A stretch of 64,000 nt of DNA from Alphaproteobacteria bacterium (GTDB lineage: Bacteria; Pseudomonadota; Alphaproteobacteria; CALKHQ01). The notes below the pieces were generated by a model. The model was not told the DNA's origin, searched no databases, and was given only the letters and a program-made list of their open reading frames with translations. The DNA lies in assembly GCA_965227515.1 (NCBI GenBank), contig CBDDFZ010000002.1, forward strand, positions 512,001-576,000, given 5' to 3'. The translations under genes were made by a program, and so were the position numbers. How positions within the stretch are numbered: the stretch's first letter is position 1; each line of letters begins with the position of its first letter. Positions 10,214 through 19,816 of the stretch are shown piece by piece.

Positions 10214-11656
10214 TTATCGCTGTATCGCGACCTCGAACGTGGCGCCGTCCTCGTGCACGCCCTGGCAGTCCGACCGGGTATCGTCATCGCTGGTACATTC
10301 GATGGTCCACGCCCGGTAGGAACCGCCATTGTCGCACTCGATTGCCTCGTGGGTTGCAATGGTGAGCCCACGATTGGGCGACAATGTGGCGTCGACGGGG
10401 CCGGAACATGCAATCCCGCCTTCCTCTGCGACATTGACCACGCCGGTGCCGTCGGTCTCGAAGCAGTATTCCATCGCGATCGGCACGTCGTCCTGGTTGA
10501 CCAGATCGGTGATCGACTGCCAGCAGCCCTCCAGGAACGCCATGTCGTCGCCGACCTCGGCGCTGTCCGGCACGACCAGGGACTCGATGACCTCCTCGTC
10601 GCTTTCCTCGTCCGGCGCGTCGTCTTCGACAGGTTCTTCGTCGGCAGGCTCTTCGTCGGCAGGGTCTTCGTCGGATGTCTCGTCCTCGGCCTGTTCGTCC
10701 TCGGCCGGCTCCTCGTCGGCGGGTTCGTCCTCGGCCACCGAATCCTCATCCTCCTCGGGCGGCACATAGGGGATGATCAGCTCCGCCGGTTCGCAGGCGG
10801 ACTTCTCCTCCGCCAGTTCGTGCTCCAGGGCGGCGAGCCAGATGCGCAGGTCGCGGGCGCGGCCAAGCTCTTCGATCAGCGGCGAGGTGTCGACCGGCGG
10901 CGGGGGCGGTGGCCCGGTGTCCGGCGGCGGGCCATCGTTGTCGGCCACGTCGGTGGTGTCGTCCTCCAGCCCGATGTCGTGCAGCAGCCACGCGGCGAGC
11001 ACAACCAGCGCCACCAGGCCGACCAGGAACAGCGCCCACTGCCAGCCGCCGCCGGCGGGTGCCGGTGCGGGCGCCACAGGAGCAGCCTGGGCCGGCGGCG
11101 GGGCCGGTGTGAACGCGGCCGCGGTGGGCGTCGCCGTGCCGCTGGCGGGGGCAGCTGCCGCGGGCGGCGGTGCCGCCGGAATGAACTGGGCGAGCGGGCT
11201 TGGCGCATCGTCCTCGGTGGCGTCCTCGACATGGGCCCAGCACACCGCAACCGGCTGGTCGCCGACGACATAGAGCCGCTCGGTCGACGGCACCTTCAGC
11301 GCCAACTCCAGCAACTGGCCGAGCAGCACTTCGTGGTCGCGGCCGCTGTCGATCAATTCCTGGGCGATGCGGCCGATGTCGACCACGATCTCGCCGACCT
11401 CCGCCTCCACCTTCTCGCGCTCCTCGTCGGGCAGCAGCAGGAAGGGGGTCACTGTGCCGGTGGCCTTGGTGTACCAGTCGACGCGCTGGTCCTTGCCGGT
11501 GAACAGCGGCTCGGCCAGGAAGCGGGCGTGGCGCTGCGACAGGCGGGCGGCAAGCAGTGCCGTGAACTGCGCATGACCGGCCAGCGCCGGCTCGCCCTGC
11601 AGGCCGAGCGCCCTCAGCCCGCGCATATCGGTACTTGTGATCAGCGTGTCGGCCAC
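10214..11656 (-). CDS. srfA: SrfA family protein, paralogue 2
   Basis: LRALGLQGEPA...FLAEP...VDWYT and LYVVGDQPVAVCWA align with paralogue 1; TM helix, acidic stalk, C-terminal domain beginning DMAFLEGCWQS; GTG start. Confidence 0.82.
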   Translation of the reverse strand: MADTLITSTDMRGLRALGLQGEPALAGHAQFTALLAARLSQRHARFLAEPLFTGKDQRVDWYTKATGTVTPFLLLPDEEREKVEAEVGEIVVDIGRIAQELIDSGRDHEVLLGQLLELALKVPSTERLYVVGDQPVAVCWAHVEDATEDDAPSPLAQFIPAAPPPAAAAPASGTATPTAAAFTPAPPPAQAAPVAPAPAPAGGGWQWALFLVGLVALVVLAAWLLHDIGLEDDTTDVADNDGPPPDTGPPPPPPVDTSPLIEELGRARDLRIWLAALEHELAEEKSACEPAELIIPYVPPEEDEDSVAEDEPADEEPAEDEQAEDETSDEDPADEEPADEEPVEDDAPDEESDEEVIESLVVPDSAEVGDDMAFLEGCWQSITDLVNQDDVPIAMEYCFETDGTGVVNVAEEGGIACSGPVDATLSPNRGLTIATHEAIECDNGGSYRAWTIECTSDDDTRSDCQGVHEDGATFEVAIQR

Positions 11657-11808
11657 GGGCTCTCGGTCGTCATTCGATTATCGGGAACAATGGCGGCAGA
11701 ATGCGCAACGCGGCACGATAGGCAAGGGATTGCGACGATTTTCGGGCGAAATGGTCGGCATTGCGGCCGGCATGGGCCGGCGATCACTTGCGCGGTTCGC
11801 CCGGCGAC

Positions 11809-14781
11809 TCAGGTCACGACCTTGGGGAAGCTGGGCTTCAGCGTCTTCAGCAGATCGGCCCACTCCAGGACCTTGCTCAACGTGATGTCGACACTGAATC
11901 CCCACAGCACCGCGGCCATGAAATCGTCGAACGTGCCGGCGAAGCTGGGCCTGAAGATCGCAAAGCCGCCCAGAATGACGAACGCGGCGGCGACAAGCGT
12001 CTGTACGGCATTGATCATCCATACCGACTTATGGCGCGCCACCGCCGCCAAATAGCCTTGTGGCGGCAGGACTTGGAGGTCGTGGTCCGCCACACGCGGC
12101 TTGGGATCGGCAACGGTGTATGCCACCGCACGCACCGGCACGCGGCCGAGGCGGTTCGGCGTGAAGGTAAACTTCAAGCCGCCCTCATCCGGGAACTGAG
12201 GTCGGCCATCCACTGACCACTGGATCTTGAAACCCGACGGCACCTCGTCCGTCGCCGGATCGAGCACAGCTTCAATCTCAATCGGCACGTCCTTGTAGGC
12301 GAAATCGGCAACTTCCAACCGGATCGACCACGACGCTTCCGCTTCCTTGTCTTCCGGTTCCGGTTCCGGTTCCCCGCCCGGGAGGCGCAGAGCCGGCAGG
12401 CCAAGCGACGTCAGCGAGAACCTGCCGGCCAGAAGCGATTGCAACTGCAACAATTCGGGTGCCTGTTGAACGGGCGGGGTCAGGGTCTCCAGCGCTGCCA
12501 GGAATTTGCCCTGCTCCAGGTCGTCGGCGCCGGCATGGCCGGCGACTATGCCGGCGGCCTCAAGCGCCTCCGACAACGCAATCCATAGGCCGTTCAAGTT
12601 CTCGACGAGCTTCTGCGTGCCGGGCGTGGCGGCTTCGCTGACGTTGTCCCCCAACGCCTCGATGGCATCGCGCAATTTCTCCACCGGCTTTGTATCGGCG
12701 GTGCCAGACTGGCCTTCCAGCTCCCGCAGCACGGTGCTCGCCGCGGCGTGAATCGAAAGCCCCGCGTGCTGGCGCAGGCGGTAGTCGACATCGCGCCACA
12801 ATCTGGCGAGTGCCGACAGCATCGTCGTGAACTTGGTCGCGTCCTTTACGTTTTTGGCGGTGTCTTCGAAGGCTCCGATCCTGGCAACAATGTCGGCGAC
12901 CGACGTGGCCCATTCCGCCCCGCCGACCTTGATCTCCGGCCACGGCTTGGCTTGTTGCAGCCACAATCGCGCTTGGTCGGCCCACGCGGTGGCGGCATCG
13001 CGGATGGCAGGTATGCGCTGCTTGGCCAGCGACGTGTTGAAGGTCTCAACGCTGCCGAGCACGCCAGTGGCGAGCAGGGTTCGTTGCTGATCCAGCTCGG
13101 TCTGCAGATTGCGAAGGGGTTCTGCGACCACAGGCGGCCACAATCCGGGCGTGCGCAGGGCGGCATCCCACGCGCTTAGCGTCTCGTTCGCTGTCTTCTG
13201 CCGTTCCTTGGCGTTCTCCAAAACCTTGTTCAGTTCCTCTTCGGCGGTGGTCTTGGCATCCGCGATCGAGTCGGTTGATGCCAGCACGCTGTTGATGTTG
13301 CGGGTCAGCTCCTCTCGGACAGCCTGCAACCGGCCGATGATTTCCTTGTCGACCGTCGAATTGATGATGCGGTCGAGCTTGGCCTCGAGCAAATGGGCGG
13401 GGATCATCGCCTCGTTGCGCACACGCATTTTGTTCAGCAGCCAGCGAACGATCAGCCCGAGCAGGACGCCAAAACCGATGGCGAGGATCAGCCAAAGGAA
13501 ATCGAGGCGGGTGGTGATCTCGACCGGGATGGTGATGTCCTGGGCCAGCAGGTCCGAGCGGACCACGATGCGGCCGCTCACGGTGCCGACCTCCAGGTCG
13601 TTCTCAACCGCCAGGGTTGCGTTGCCCTGGTGGTGCGGTGGCGTGACATCGGGAAACGTGACCTTCAGCACCGCGTCCACCGGGTGGGTATCGCTCGACA
13701 CCAGCGCCACCGACAGCTCCGTTTGGACCGGGCTGAAGTACGACTTGCCGCCGGTTTCGGCGAAGACGATCCGGTCGGCGGACATCTCGTCGTCTTCAAG
13801 AACGGCGCTGATGAACTCGATTTTCAGCGGGTCGGTCAGGTCCAGCACGGCCGCCGGGCGCACGATCTTCAGCGACAGCGTATCCACTGGCTTGTCCGCG
13901 CCCGGCAGGTTCACATCGACATCGACGGTGTAGACGCCGGCCGGAACGATGGCGTCCGCCTGCATGGTGACCGACAGCGCCCGCGCGTCCTGGTCCAGCG
14001 CCAACACGACGGTGGCATGGTCGATTTCCTGGTTGTCGCGCTGCACCCGGCGGGTCAGGAATTCCAGCGAGTCCAGATCGATATCGGTGGCGACGATGCG
14101 GACCGGAATGCTGCGCACCACCGGCGCATCGGGGGGCGCGGCCAGGTCCAGCTGGAGGCCGGACTCGCCGACCACGTCCAGCACGTTGTCCGGCAGCGGC
14201 GCGGGCCGCTCGACCGTCAGTGTCACCGTGTCGACCGGCTGCGCCACATCGGCCAGCATCACATCGATGTCTACCGTGTAGGTGCCGGGCGGAAAGATGG
14301 CCGCGGGCTGCATCGTCAGCACCAGCCGCAATTCATCCTGGTTCAGGTCCACCGCGATGGTGGAGACGTCAATGTCCTGGTCGTCGCGGCGCACCCGCCG
14401 GGTGACGAAGTTGACCGTATCGAGGTCGATGTCGGGCGCGGTGATGCGGACCGGGACGTTGCGCACCACCGGCTGGCTGGGCGGCTCGGCCAAGGCCAAG
14501 GTCAGGGTGGGCGTGCCGGCCACCTCCAGAATGTCGTCGGGCGGCGGCGACTCTGGCGCGGCCGGCTGTTCGGTGTCGGCCTGTGGCGGGGCGTCGGCCT
14601 GTGGCGGGGCGTCGGCCTGGTCCGTGTCCTGGGCGCTGGCCGTCCACGATGCCGCTGCGCAAAGCAACAGGCCGGCCAGGCCAGTGCGCGCAATGCCAAC
14701 CAGGCGCCGTCGAATATCCAATGAATCGGATTGGAGAGAATAAAGCGACCGCGAATATGTGCGGCGTTGCGGGATGCCCAT
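11809..14781 (-). CDS. Large hypothetical membrane protein (signal peptide, duplicated beta-rich domains, TM, coiled coil, C-terminal TM segments)
   Basis: 990 aa; signal-like LAGLLLCAAASWTASA; two ~116-aa repeats (GTYTVDIDV / GVYTVDVDV); TM FLWLILAIGFGVLLGLIVRW; hydrophobic C-terminus. Confidence 0.75.
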   Translation of the reverse strand: MGIPQRRTYSRSLYSLQSDSLDIRRRLVGIARTGLAGLLLCAAASWTASAQDTDQADAPPQADAPPQADTEQPAAPESPPPDDILEVAGTPTLTLALAEPPSQPVVRNVPVRITAPDIDLDTVNFVTRRVRRDDQDIDVSTIAVDLNQDELRLVLTMQPAAIFPPGTYTVDIDVMLADVAQPVDTVTLTVERPAPLPDNVLDVVGESGLQLDLAAPPDAPVVRSIPVRIVATDIDLDSLEFLTRRVQRDNQEIDHATVVLALDQDARALSVTMQADAIVPAGVYTVDVDVNLPGADKPVDTLSLKIVRPAAVLDLTDPLKIEFISAVLEDDEMSADRIVFAETGGKSYFSPVQTELSVALVSSDTHPVDAVLKVTFPDVTPPHHQGNATLAVENDLEVGTVSGRIVVRSDLLAQDITIPVEITTRLDFLWLILAIGFGVLLGLIVRWLLNKMRVRNEAMIPAHLLEAKLDRIINSTVDKEIIGRLQAVREELTRNINSVLASTDSIADAKTTAEEELNKVLENAKERQKTANETLSAWDAALRTPGLWPPVVAEPLRNLQTELDQQRTLLATGVLGSVETFNTSLAKQRIPAIRDAATAWADQARLWLQQAKPWPEIKVGGAEWATSVADIVARIGAFEDTAKNVKDATKFTTMLSALARLWRDVDYRLRQHAGLSIHAAASTVLRELEGQSGTADTKPVEKLRDAIEALGDNVSEAATPGTQKLVENLNGLWIALSEALEAAGIVAGHAGADDLEQGKFLAALETLTPPVQQAPELLQLQSLLAGRFSLTSLGLPALRLPGGEPEPEPEDKEAEASWSIRLEVADFAYKDVPIEIEAVLDPATDEVPSGFKIQWSVDGRPQFPDEGGLKFTFTPNRLGRVPVRAVAYTVADPKPRVADHDLQVLPPQGYLAAVARHKSVWMINAVQTLVAAAFVILGGFAIFRPSFAGTFDDFMAAVLWGFSVDITLSKVLEWADLLKTLKPSFPKVVT

Positions 14782-14866
14782 GGCAGCGCCCCTTCTCGGT
14801 GGGACCCGGAGCGAAGTATGAAATTTCAGAGAGAATTATGAATGGCGATGCGCCACAGGGCAATTG

Positions 14867-16219
14867 CTAGGCGCCGGCGGCACCGCCGCGCGAGGCCAGG
14901 CCGCCGGTCTCAACAGCCGGCGCGTCCGCTGCCGTGGGCAGCCGGCGCGGCAACGTCGCGACCGCGCCGATGATCACCAGAGCGGCCCCCGCCAGGCAGT
15001 AGAACAGGGTGTCGAAGCCCCAATTGTCGTAGATCACCGCGATCAGCGGCAGGGTCAGCGCCAGCACCACGAACGCCACCACATAGCGCACGCCATAGAT
15101 GCGGGCGCGGAACTCGCCGCTGGCCATCTTGCCGATCATGAAGTCGTTGATCGGGATCTGGCCGAACGCCCCCAGCATGAAGCCGAGCGCGACCGCCAGC
15201 GCCAGGCCGTCGCTCAGCCCTGGCATCAACAGGAAGAAGACGACCTGGATGGCGGCGACGCCGAGATAGACCCGGCGCGGGCCAAGCCGGTCGAGCAGGC
15301 GGCCGACCACCAGTTGCGCGCCGGACGCCACCGCGAACACGACGAAGGCGAGGATGCCGACCAGGGTCGCCGCGCCGCCGGTGGCGCCGTCCGGCGCGCC
15401 CTCGGCGATGTCTTCGGCTTCGATGGCCGGCTGGTCCAGCCACGTGGAGAGGTCGTCGGCGAGCCCGCCCAGCCGCTCGTCGAAGATCTTCGGCAGCGCG
15501 AACGTGGTCGACTGGAACACCACCGAGGCGACGGCAGTGGTCAGGAACACGATCGCCGACACCCGCACGATCGCTGCCCGCACCTCGGGTGCCAGGGCTG
15601 GCGCCTTGGCCTTGGGTGTCTTGGCGCTGGGTGTCGTGGCCGCCTGCTTGGCCGGACGCGGGGCCACGATGCCGTCCCACCGCAGCCAGATGTAGACCAG
15701 GCCGACCGCAATCGACACCGCGCCGGGCAGGATGAACGCGAAGCGCCAGCCGCCATGGTCGATCAGATAGCCGGTGATCAGCGCGGCACTGGCGACCCCC
15801 AGGTTGCCCCACACACCGTTGGCCGCGATCCGCCGGCCCATGTCGCGCCACCGCATGGTCACGATGGCGAGCCCGACCGGGTGATAGATCGCGGCGAAGG
15901 CGCCTATCACGAACAGGCCGATGCCCATCTGCAGCGGCGTTTCGGTGAAGCTGGTGGCAATCGCCGCCAGCCCGATGCCGACGAAGAACACCGCCATCAT
16001 GCCGTCGCGGCTCCACTTGTCGGCCAGCCAGCCGGCCGGCAGCGCGAACAGGCCGAAGGCGAAGAAGCCGGGCGAGGCGTAGGCCAGCAGCTCGGCGTAG
16101 TCCATCTGCCATTCGCGGTGCAGTGCCAGCGCCGCCACCGTGGCGAAGATCAGCGTGAACAGGTGGTCCAGGAAGTGGCCGATGTTCAGCAGCAGGAAGA
16201 AGGCGCGGTCGCGGGTCAT
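14867..16219 (-). CDS. MFS transporter
   Basis: About 12 hydrophobic segments; MFS motif GWLADKWSR and second-half GRLLDRLGPRR. Confidence 0.92.
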   Translation of the reverse strand: MTRDRAFFLLLNIGHFLDHLFTLIFATVAALALHREWQMDYAELLAYASPGFFAFGLFALPAGWLADKWSRDGMMAVFFVGIGLAAIATSFTETPLQMGIGLFVIGAFAAIYHPVGLAIVTMRWRDMGRRIAANGVWGNLGVASAALITGYLIDHGGWRFAFILPGAVSIAVGLVYIWLRWDGIVAPRPAKQAATTPSAKTPKAKAPALAPEVRAAIVRVSAIVFLTTAVASVVFQSTTFALPKIFDERLGGLADDLSTWLDQPAIEAEDIAEGAPDGATGGAATLVGILAFVVFAVASGAQLVVGRLLDRLGPRRVYLGVAAIQVVFFLLMPGLSDGLALAVALGFMLGAFGQIPINDFMIGKMASGEFRARIYGVRYVVAFVVLALTLPLIAVIYDNWGFDTLFYCLAGAALVIIGAVATLPRRLPTAADAPAVETGGLASRGGAAGA

Positions 16220-16372
16220 GGGTGTTTCCTAGCCGAATTTGCAGAGCAGCACACGTCGCAGCACACGCCGCGGCGTATGTGGCGGCGATGGCTCACGCGA
16301 TCCTGGGCTTGGCGATATCGCGAAGTCATGCCAATGATCGTCGCGAAACAGACAAGATGATGCCTGTCCCAC

Positions 16373-17158
16373 ATGGGCCAATTGCGCAGCACCAATGCCG
16401 ACGACTACCAGCACCTGCCGCAGCCCATCGGCGCGATGGCGAAGCGGTTCGCGGACGGCTTCGTCATTCCGCTGCACAGCCATCCGCGCGACCAGCTTCT
16501 ATATGCCATCAGCGGCGTGATGCGGCTGCGCACGGAGGGCGCGGCCTGGGTGGTACCGCCGGACGGCGCCGCCTACATCCCAGCCGGCACGCCGCACGCC
16601 GTGCACATCCACGGCCGCGTCGACATGCGCACGCTCTACATCGACACGGCGCGGACCAAGGCCGAGCACGGTGCCGCGCGGCCGGACCTCCGGGTGGTCG
16701 CCGTTTCCGGCCTGTTGCGCGAACTGATCATGGCGCTGTGCGAGGAGCCGGTGGACTATCCCTCCGGCGGCCGCGCCGAGCTGCTCGCCAGCCTGATCGC
16801 GCACGAGCTTCGGGCTGCCCCGGCGCTCGCCCTGCACGCGCCGCTACCAACGGACCCACGGTTGCAGCGGGTCTGTGCGGCTTTGCTGGCCGATCCGGCC
16901 AACCGCTATAGCCTGGAGGCATGGGCGACGGACGCAGGAGCCTCGGCGCGCACCCTGGCCCGGCTGTTCCAGAGCGAACTTGGCATGAGCTTCGGCGCTT
17001 GGCGCCAGCGGGTGCGGTTCCAGGGCGCGCTGGAGGCACTGTCCGCTGGAGCCTCCATCGCCCAGGTGGCACACGCGCACGGCTATCAGAGCCCGAGCGC
17101 CTTCACGTCCGCTTTCGGCAAGGCGATGGGCTTTGCCCCATCGCAGGCGCGCCGCTAA
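16373..17158 (+). CDS. AraC family transcriptional regulator (cupin + HTH)
   Basis: HSHPRDQLLYA cupin; ASARTLARLF...GYQSPSAFTSAF AraC HTH; divergent from the MFS gene. Confidence 0.93.
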   Translation: MGQLRSTNADDYQHLPQPIGAMAKRFADGFVIPLHSHPRDQLLYAISGVMRLRTEGAAWVVPPDGAAYIPAGTPHAVHIHGRVDMRTLYIDTARTKAEHGAARPDLRVVAVSGLLRELIMALCEEPVDYPSGGRAELLASLIAHELRAAPALALHAPLPTDPRLQRVCAALLADPANRYSLEAWATDAGASARTLARLFQSELGMSFGAWRQRVRFQGALEALSAGASIAQVAHAHGYQSPSAFTSAFGKAMGFAPSQARR

Positions 17159-18486
17159 GCCCCGATCCGGTCGAAGAAGTCGGTGATCACGTTGCGGCCC
17201 TCGGTCGGCGGGCAGCCGCACATGACAGCGATGGCAAGCCCCACGGTCGAGGTGACCGGCGTGTGGATGGCGCTGCCCATCCCATGCCCGGCCGAGAGGT
17301 TCATCACCAGGGTCGGGCAGCAGAACAGCGCCCGCCGCACCGTGGTCTGCCAGTCCTGGGGCAGCATGTTCTCGCGCTTCAGGGCGGCGATCATCGGCCG
17401 CCAGTAGCGCGCGATCTTGTCGGCCAGGAAGGCGGCGCGCAGCGGCGAGAGCTTCCAGTCGTGGCCGACCTCCAGCGTATCGCCGACGCGCTGCACGCTG
17501 GCCCGCAACTGCCCCACCGTCTCGCCCGGCTGATAGAGCCACAGCGGGTGGGCGAAGATATTGTGGAAGGTCGCCTTCACCTCGGCCAGCAGGGCGGGCA
17601 CGTGGCGGCCGGCGAACGCCGGGTCGAACCAGCTCAGGCTGGTCTTGCCGTCGGCGTCGGTCTGGTACCAGACATTGGCGTTATGGGCGTCGCCATGGGC
17701 GACCACGGCGGGGTAGCGGTCGATGGCGTCGGGGTGCAGGCGCTTCAGCGAGTCCGCGAACAGGTCGTCCAGCGTCATCGGATAGTCGCGGCCGTTGATC
17801 CGCCACTTGAGCTGGCGCAACTCGGCGGCCGGCAAGGTCACGCCTGGCAGCTCCATGATCCGGTCGTCGCCATAAAACCGGCGCACGCGCCCGCCCACCC
17901 GGTCGCGCCCACGGTCGTCGGTCAGCCGCCAGGTGAAGAGCTGCAGCAATGGCTCGGCCGCGTAGTCCGCCTTGTCGGCCCAGTGCAGCGTCTCCAGCGC
18001 GCGCTTGAGCACGATGTCGTCCAGGTCGGCCTGGGCGGTGATAAGCGGGCGCAGCTTGTCGAGATCGAACACGTCGTCGTGCGCCTTGCACACGTCGGCG
18101 AAGCGCGGCGCCTCGCGCACGTCATAGAGCAGGATCTGGCGCCCGACCTCCTTGCTGACATAGCGCGCGGTATCGACCGGATAGCCGGCCTCGGCCAGCA
18201 GCTCGGCGCGGTAGTATTCGCCCACCGTGTCCTCCTCGCCCTCCTCCTGGTGGAACTTGAAGAACATCCGGCTGCCGTCTTTCATCGACACGAACCCGTT
18301 GACCGAGTTCAGCGAATAGCCGTCGCGGCGAATGTCGACCCCAGCCACATCAAGCCGGAAGGTGGAGCCGATCAGGTCGGCCAGCAGCGCCTCGGCCGCC
18401 GGCTGGTCGCCGTCGGCCAGCCGCGCCCGCACTGCGGCCAACGGGCCGATCGCGGCCTCCGGGCCAACCGCCGCGCTGTCAGTCAT
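17155..18486 (-). CDS. Phosphotransferase (APH/choline-kinase-like) fold hypothetical protein
   Basis: Start ATG 18486 overlaps the hisD-like stop; FFKFH, Brenner-type motif HGDAHNANVW, and WFDPAFAG. Confidence 0.7.
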   Translation of the reverse strand: MTDSAAVGPEAAIGPLAAVRARLADGDQPAAEALLADLIGSTFRLDVAGVDIRRDGYSLNSVNGFVSMKDGSRMFFKFHQEEGEEDTVGEYYRAELLAEAGYPVDTARYVSKEVGRQILLYDVREAPRFADVCKAHDDVFDLDKLRPLITAQADLDDIVLKRALETLHWADKADYAAEPLLQLFTWRLTDDRGRDRVGGRVRRFYGDDRIMELPGVTLPAAELRQLKWRINGRDYPMTLDDLFADSLKRLHPDAIDRYPAVVAHGDAHNANVWYQTDADGKTSLSWFDPAFAGRHVPALLAEVKATFHNIFAHPLWLYQPGETVGQLRASVQRVGDTLEVGHDWKLSPLRAAFLADKIARYWRPMIAALKRENMLPQDWQTTVRRALFCCPTLVMNLSAGHGMGSAIHTPVTSTVGLAIAVMCGCPPTEGRNVITDFFDRIGA

Positions 18487-19816
18487 CGAAATCGTGCATG
18501 ATCCGCATGCGCTCGGCCGAGACCGCGTGGGCGTGGCCGTCGAAGCCCTCGTAGCGGGCCAGGCGCTCGGCATGCTGCGCCATTTCGCCATAGGCGGTGG
18601 CGGTGACCTGGCCGATGGAGATACGCTTGGTGAAGTCGTAGACCGACAGCGGCGAGTGGGTGCGCGCGGCACCCGAGGTCGGCAGCACCGCGTTCGGCCC
18701 AAGCACGAAGTTGCCCAGCGGAATCGGCGTGTAGGGGCCGAGCAGCACCTCGCCGGCATTCACGATGCGGCCCAGATAGGCCAGCGGATCGTCGGACACG
18801 ATCTCCAGGTGCTCCGGCGCGTAGGCGTTCACGAAGTCGATGGCGTCGTCCATGTTCTCCGCGACGACGATGCCGCCGCGCGGCCCGCACAGCACGGTGG
18901 ACGAGAACTCGACCCGCTGTGCGCCCATGGCCTGCCAGTGCTGCGGGATGGCCTGCGCCGCCACCTCCGCCACCAGGTCGCTGTCGGTGACCAGGAAGGC
19001 TGAGCTGTCCGGCCCGTGCTCGGATTCCACGATCAGGTCCATGGCGGCGATGGCGCCGTCGGCGCTGGCATCGGCGAGCACGATGGACTCCGACGGGCCC
19101 GCCGGCAGGCCGGTGTCGATGACGCCGGCCAGCACCCGCTTGGCGGCCACCACCCAGGGGCTGCCCGGCCCGACGATCTTGGCGCAGCGCGGCACGGTCT
19201 GGGTGCCGTAGGCGACCGCCGCCACGCCCTGCGCGCCGCCGCACTTGTAGACGTTCTCCACCCCCGCGACCCTTGCGGCGACCAGGGTTGCCGCGTCGAT
19301 CCCGCCGTCCGGCGTCGGCGGCGTGATCAGCGCGATCTCCGGCACGCCGGCGACCACGGCCGGGATCGTCGTCATCAGCGCGACCGACGGGAAGGCGCCC
19401 TTGCCGCGCGGCACGTAGCAGGCGACCGAGGGGATCGGCACGGTCTTCTCTCCGGCAAACACGCCGGGGCGGACCTCGTGCATCCACATCGGCTCAGGCT
19501 TCTGGCGCTCATGGAAGTTGCGGATGCCGTCGGCGGCATAGCGGATGGAGGCCAGCACGTCCGGCTCCAGCGCCTTGAACGCGGCGTCGAAGTCCGCCTT
19601 GGTGGCCTTGATCGCGTCCGCCTTCACGTCCGCCTTGTCGAACTCCTGGCCGAACGCCGCCAGCGCCTTGTCGCCCTCGATCCGTACCCGGGTGATAATA
19701 GGCGCGACCCGCGCGATGAAGTCGTCGAGGTCGGCCTCGGAGCGCACGAACAGGGCTTCGCGGTCCTTCTGCGAGAGGGAGCTCAGGCGGTGGATGCTGA
19801 TCTGGCGGTCGGACAA
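18479..19816 (-). CDS. hisD: Histidinol dehydrogenase homologue (atypical metal ligands)
   Basis: YVPRGKG, GGAQGVAAVAYGT, KIVGPGS, AGPSES, EHGPDS, YAPEHLEI; TTG start 19816 with GGAG RBS. Confidence 0.88.
   Translation of the reverse strand: MSDRQISIHRLSSLSQKDREALFVRSEADLDDFIARVAPIITRVRIEGDKALAAFGQEFDKADVKADAIKATKADFDAAFKALEPDVLASIRYAADGIRNFHERQKPEPMWMHEVRPGVFAGEKTVPIPSVACYVPRGKGAFPSVALMTTIPAVVAGVPEIALITPPTPDGGIDAATLVAARVAGVENVYKCGGAQGVAAVAYGTQTVPRCAKIVGPGSPWVVAAKRVLAGVIDTGLPAGPSESIVLADASADGAIAAMDLIVESEHGPDSSAFLVTDSDLVAEVAAQAIPQHWQAMGAQRVEFSSTVLCGPRGGIVVAENMDDAIDFVNAYAPEHLEIVSDDPLAYLGRIVNAGEVLLGPYTPIPLGNFVLGPNAVLPTSGAARTHSPLSVYDFTKRISIGQVTATAYGEMAQHAERLARYEGFDGHAHAVSAERMRIMHDFDD

Noticed and set aside
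10590-10760. Acidic five-residue periodic repeat (DEEPA) in SrfA paralogue 2 and poly-Pro tracts in the VWA protein
   Set aside because: Ordinary low-complexity periplasmic stalks.
1132-11656. Type III or type VI secretion system call for the srf locus
   Set aside because: No structural secretion genes in the window; the 'virulence factor' name is historical.
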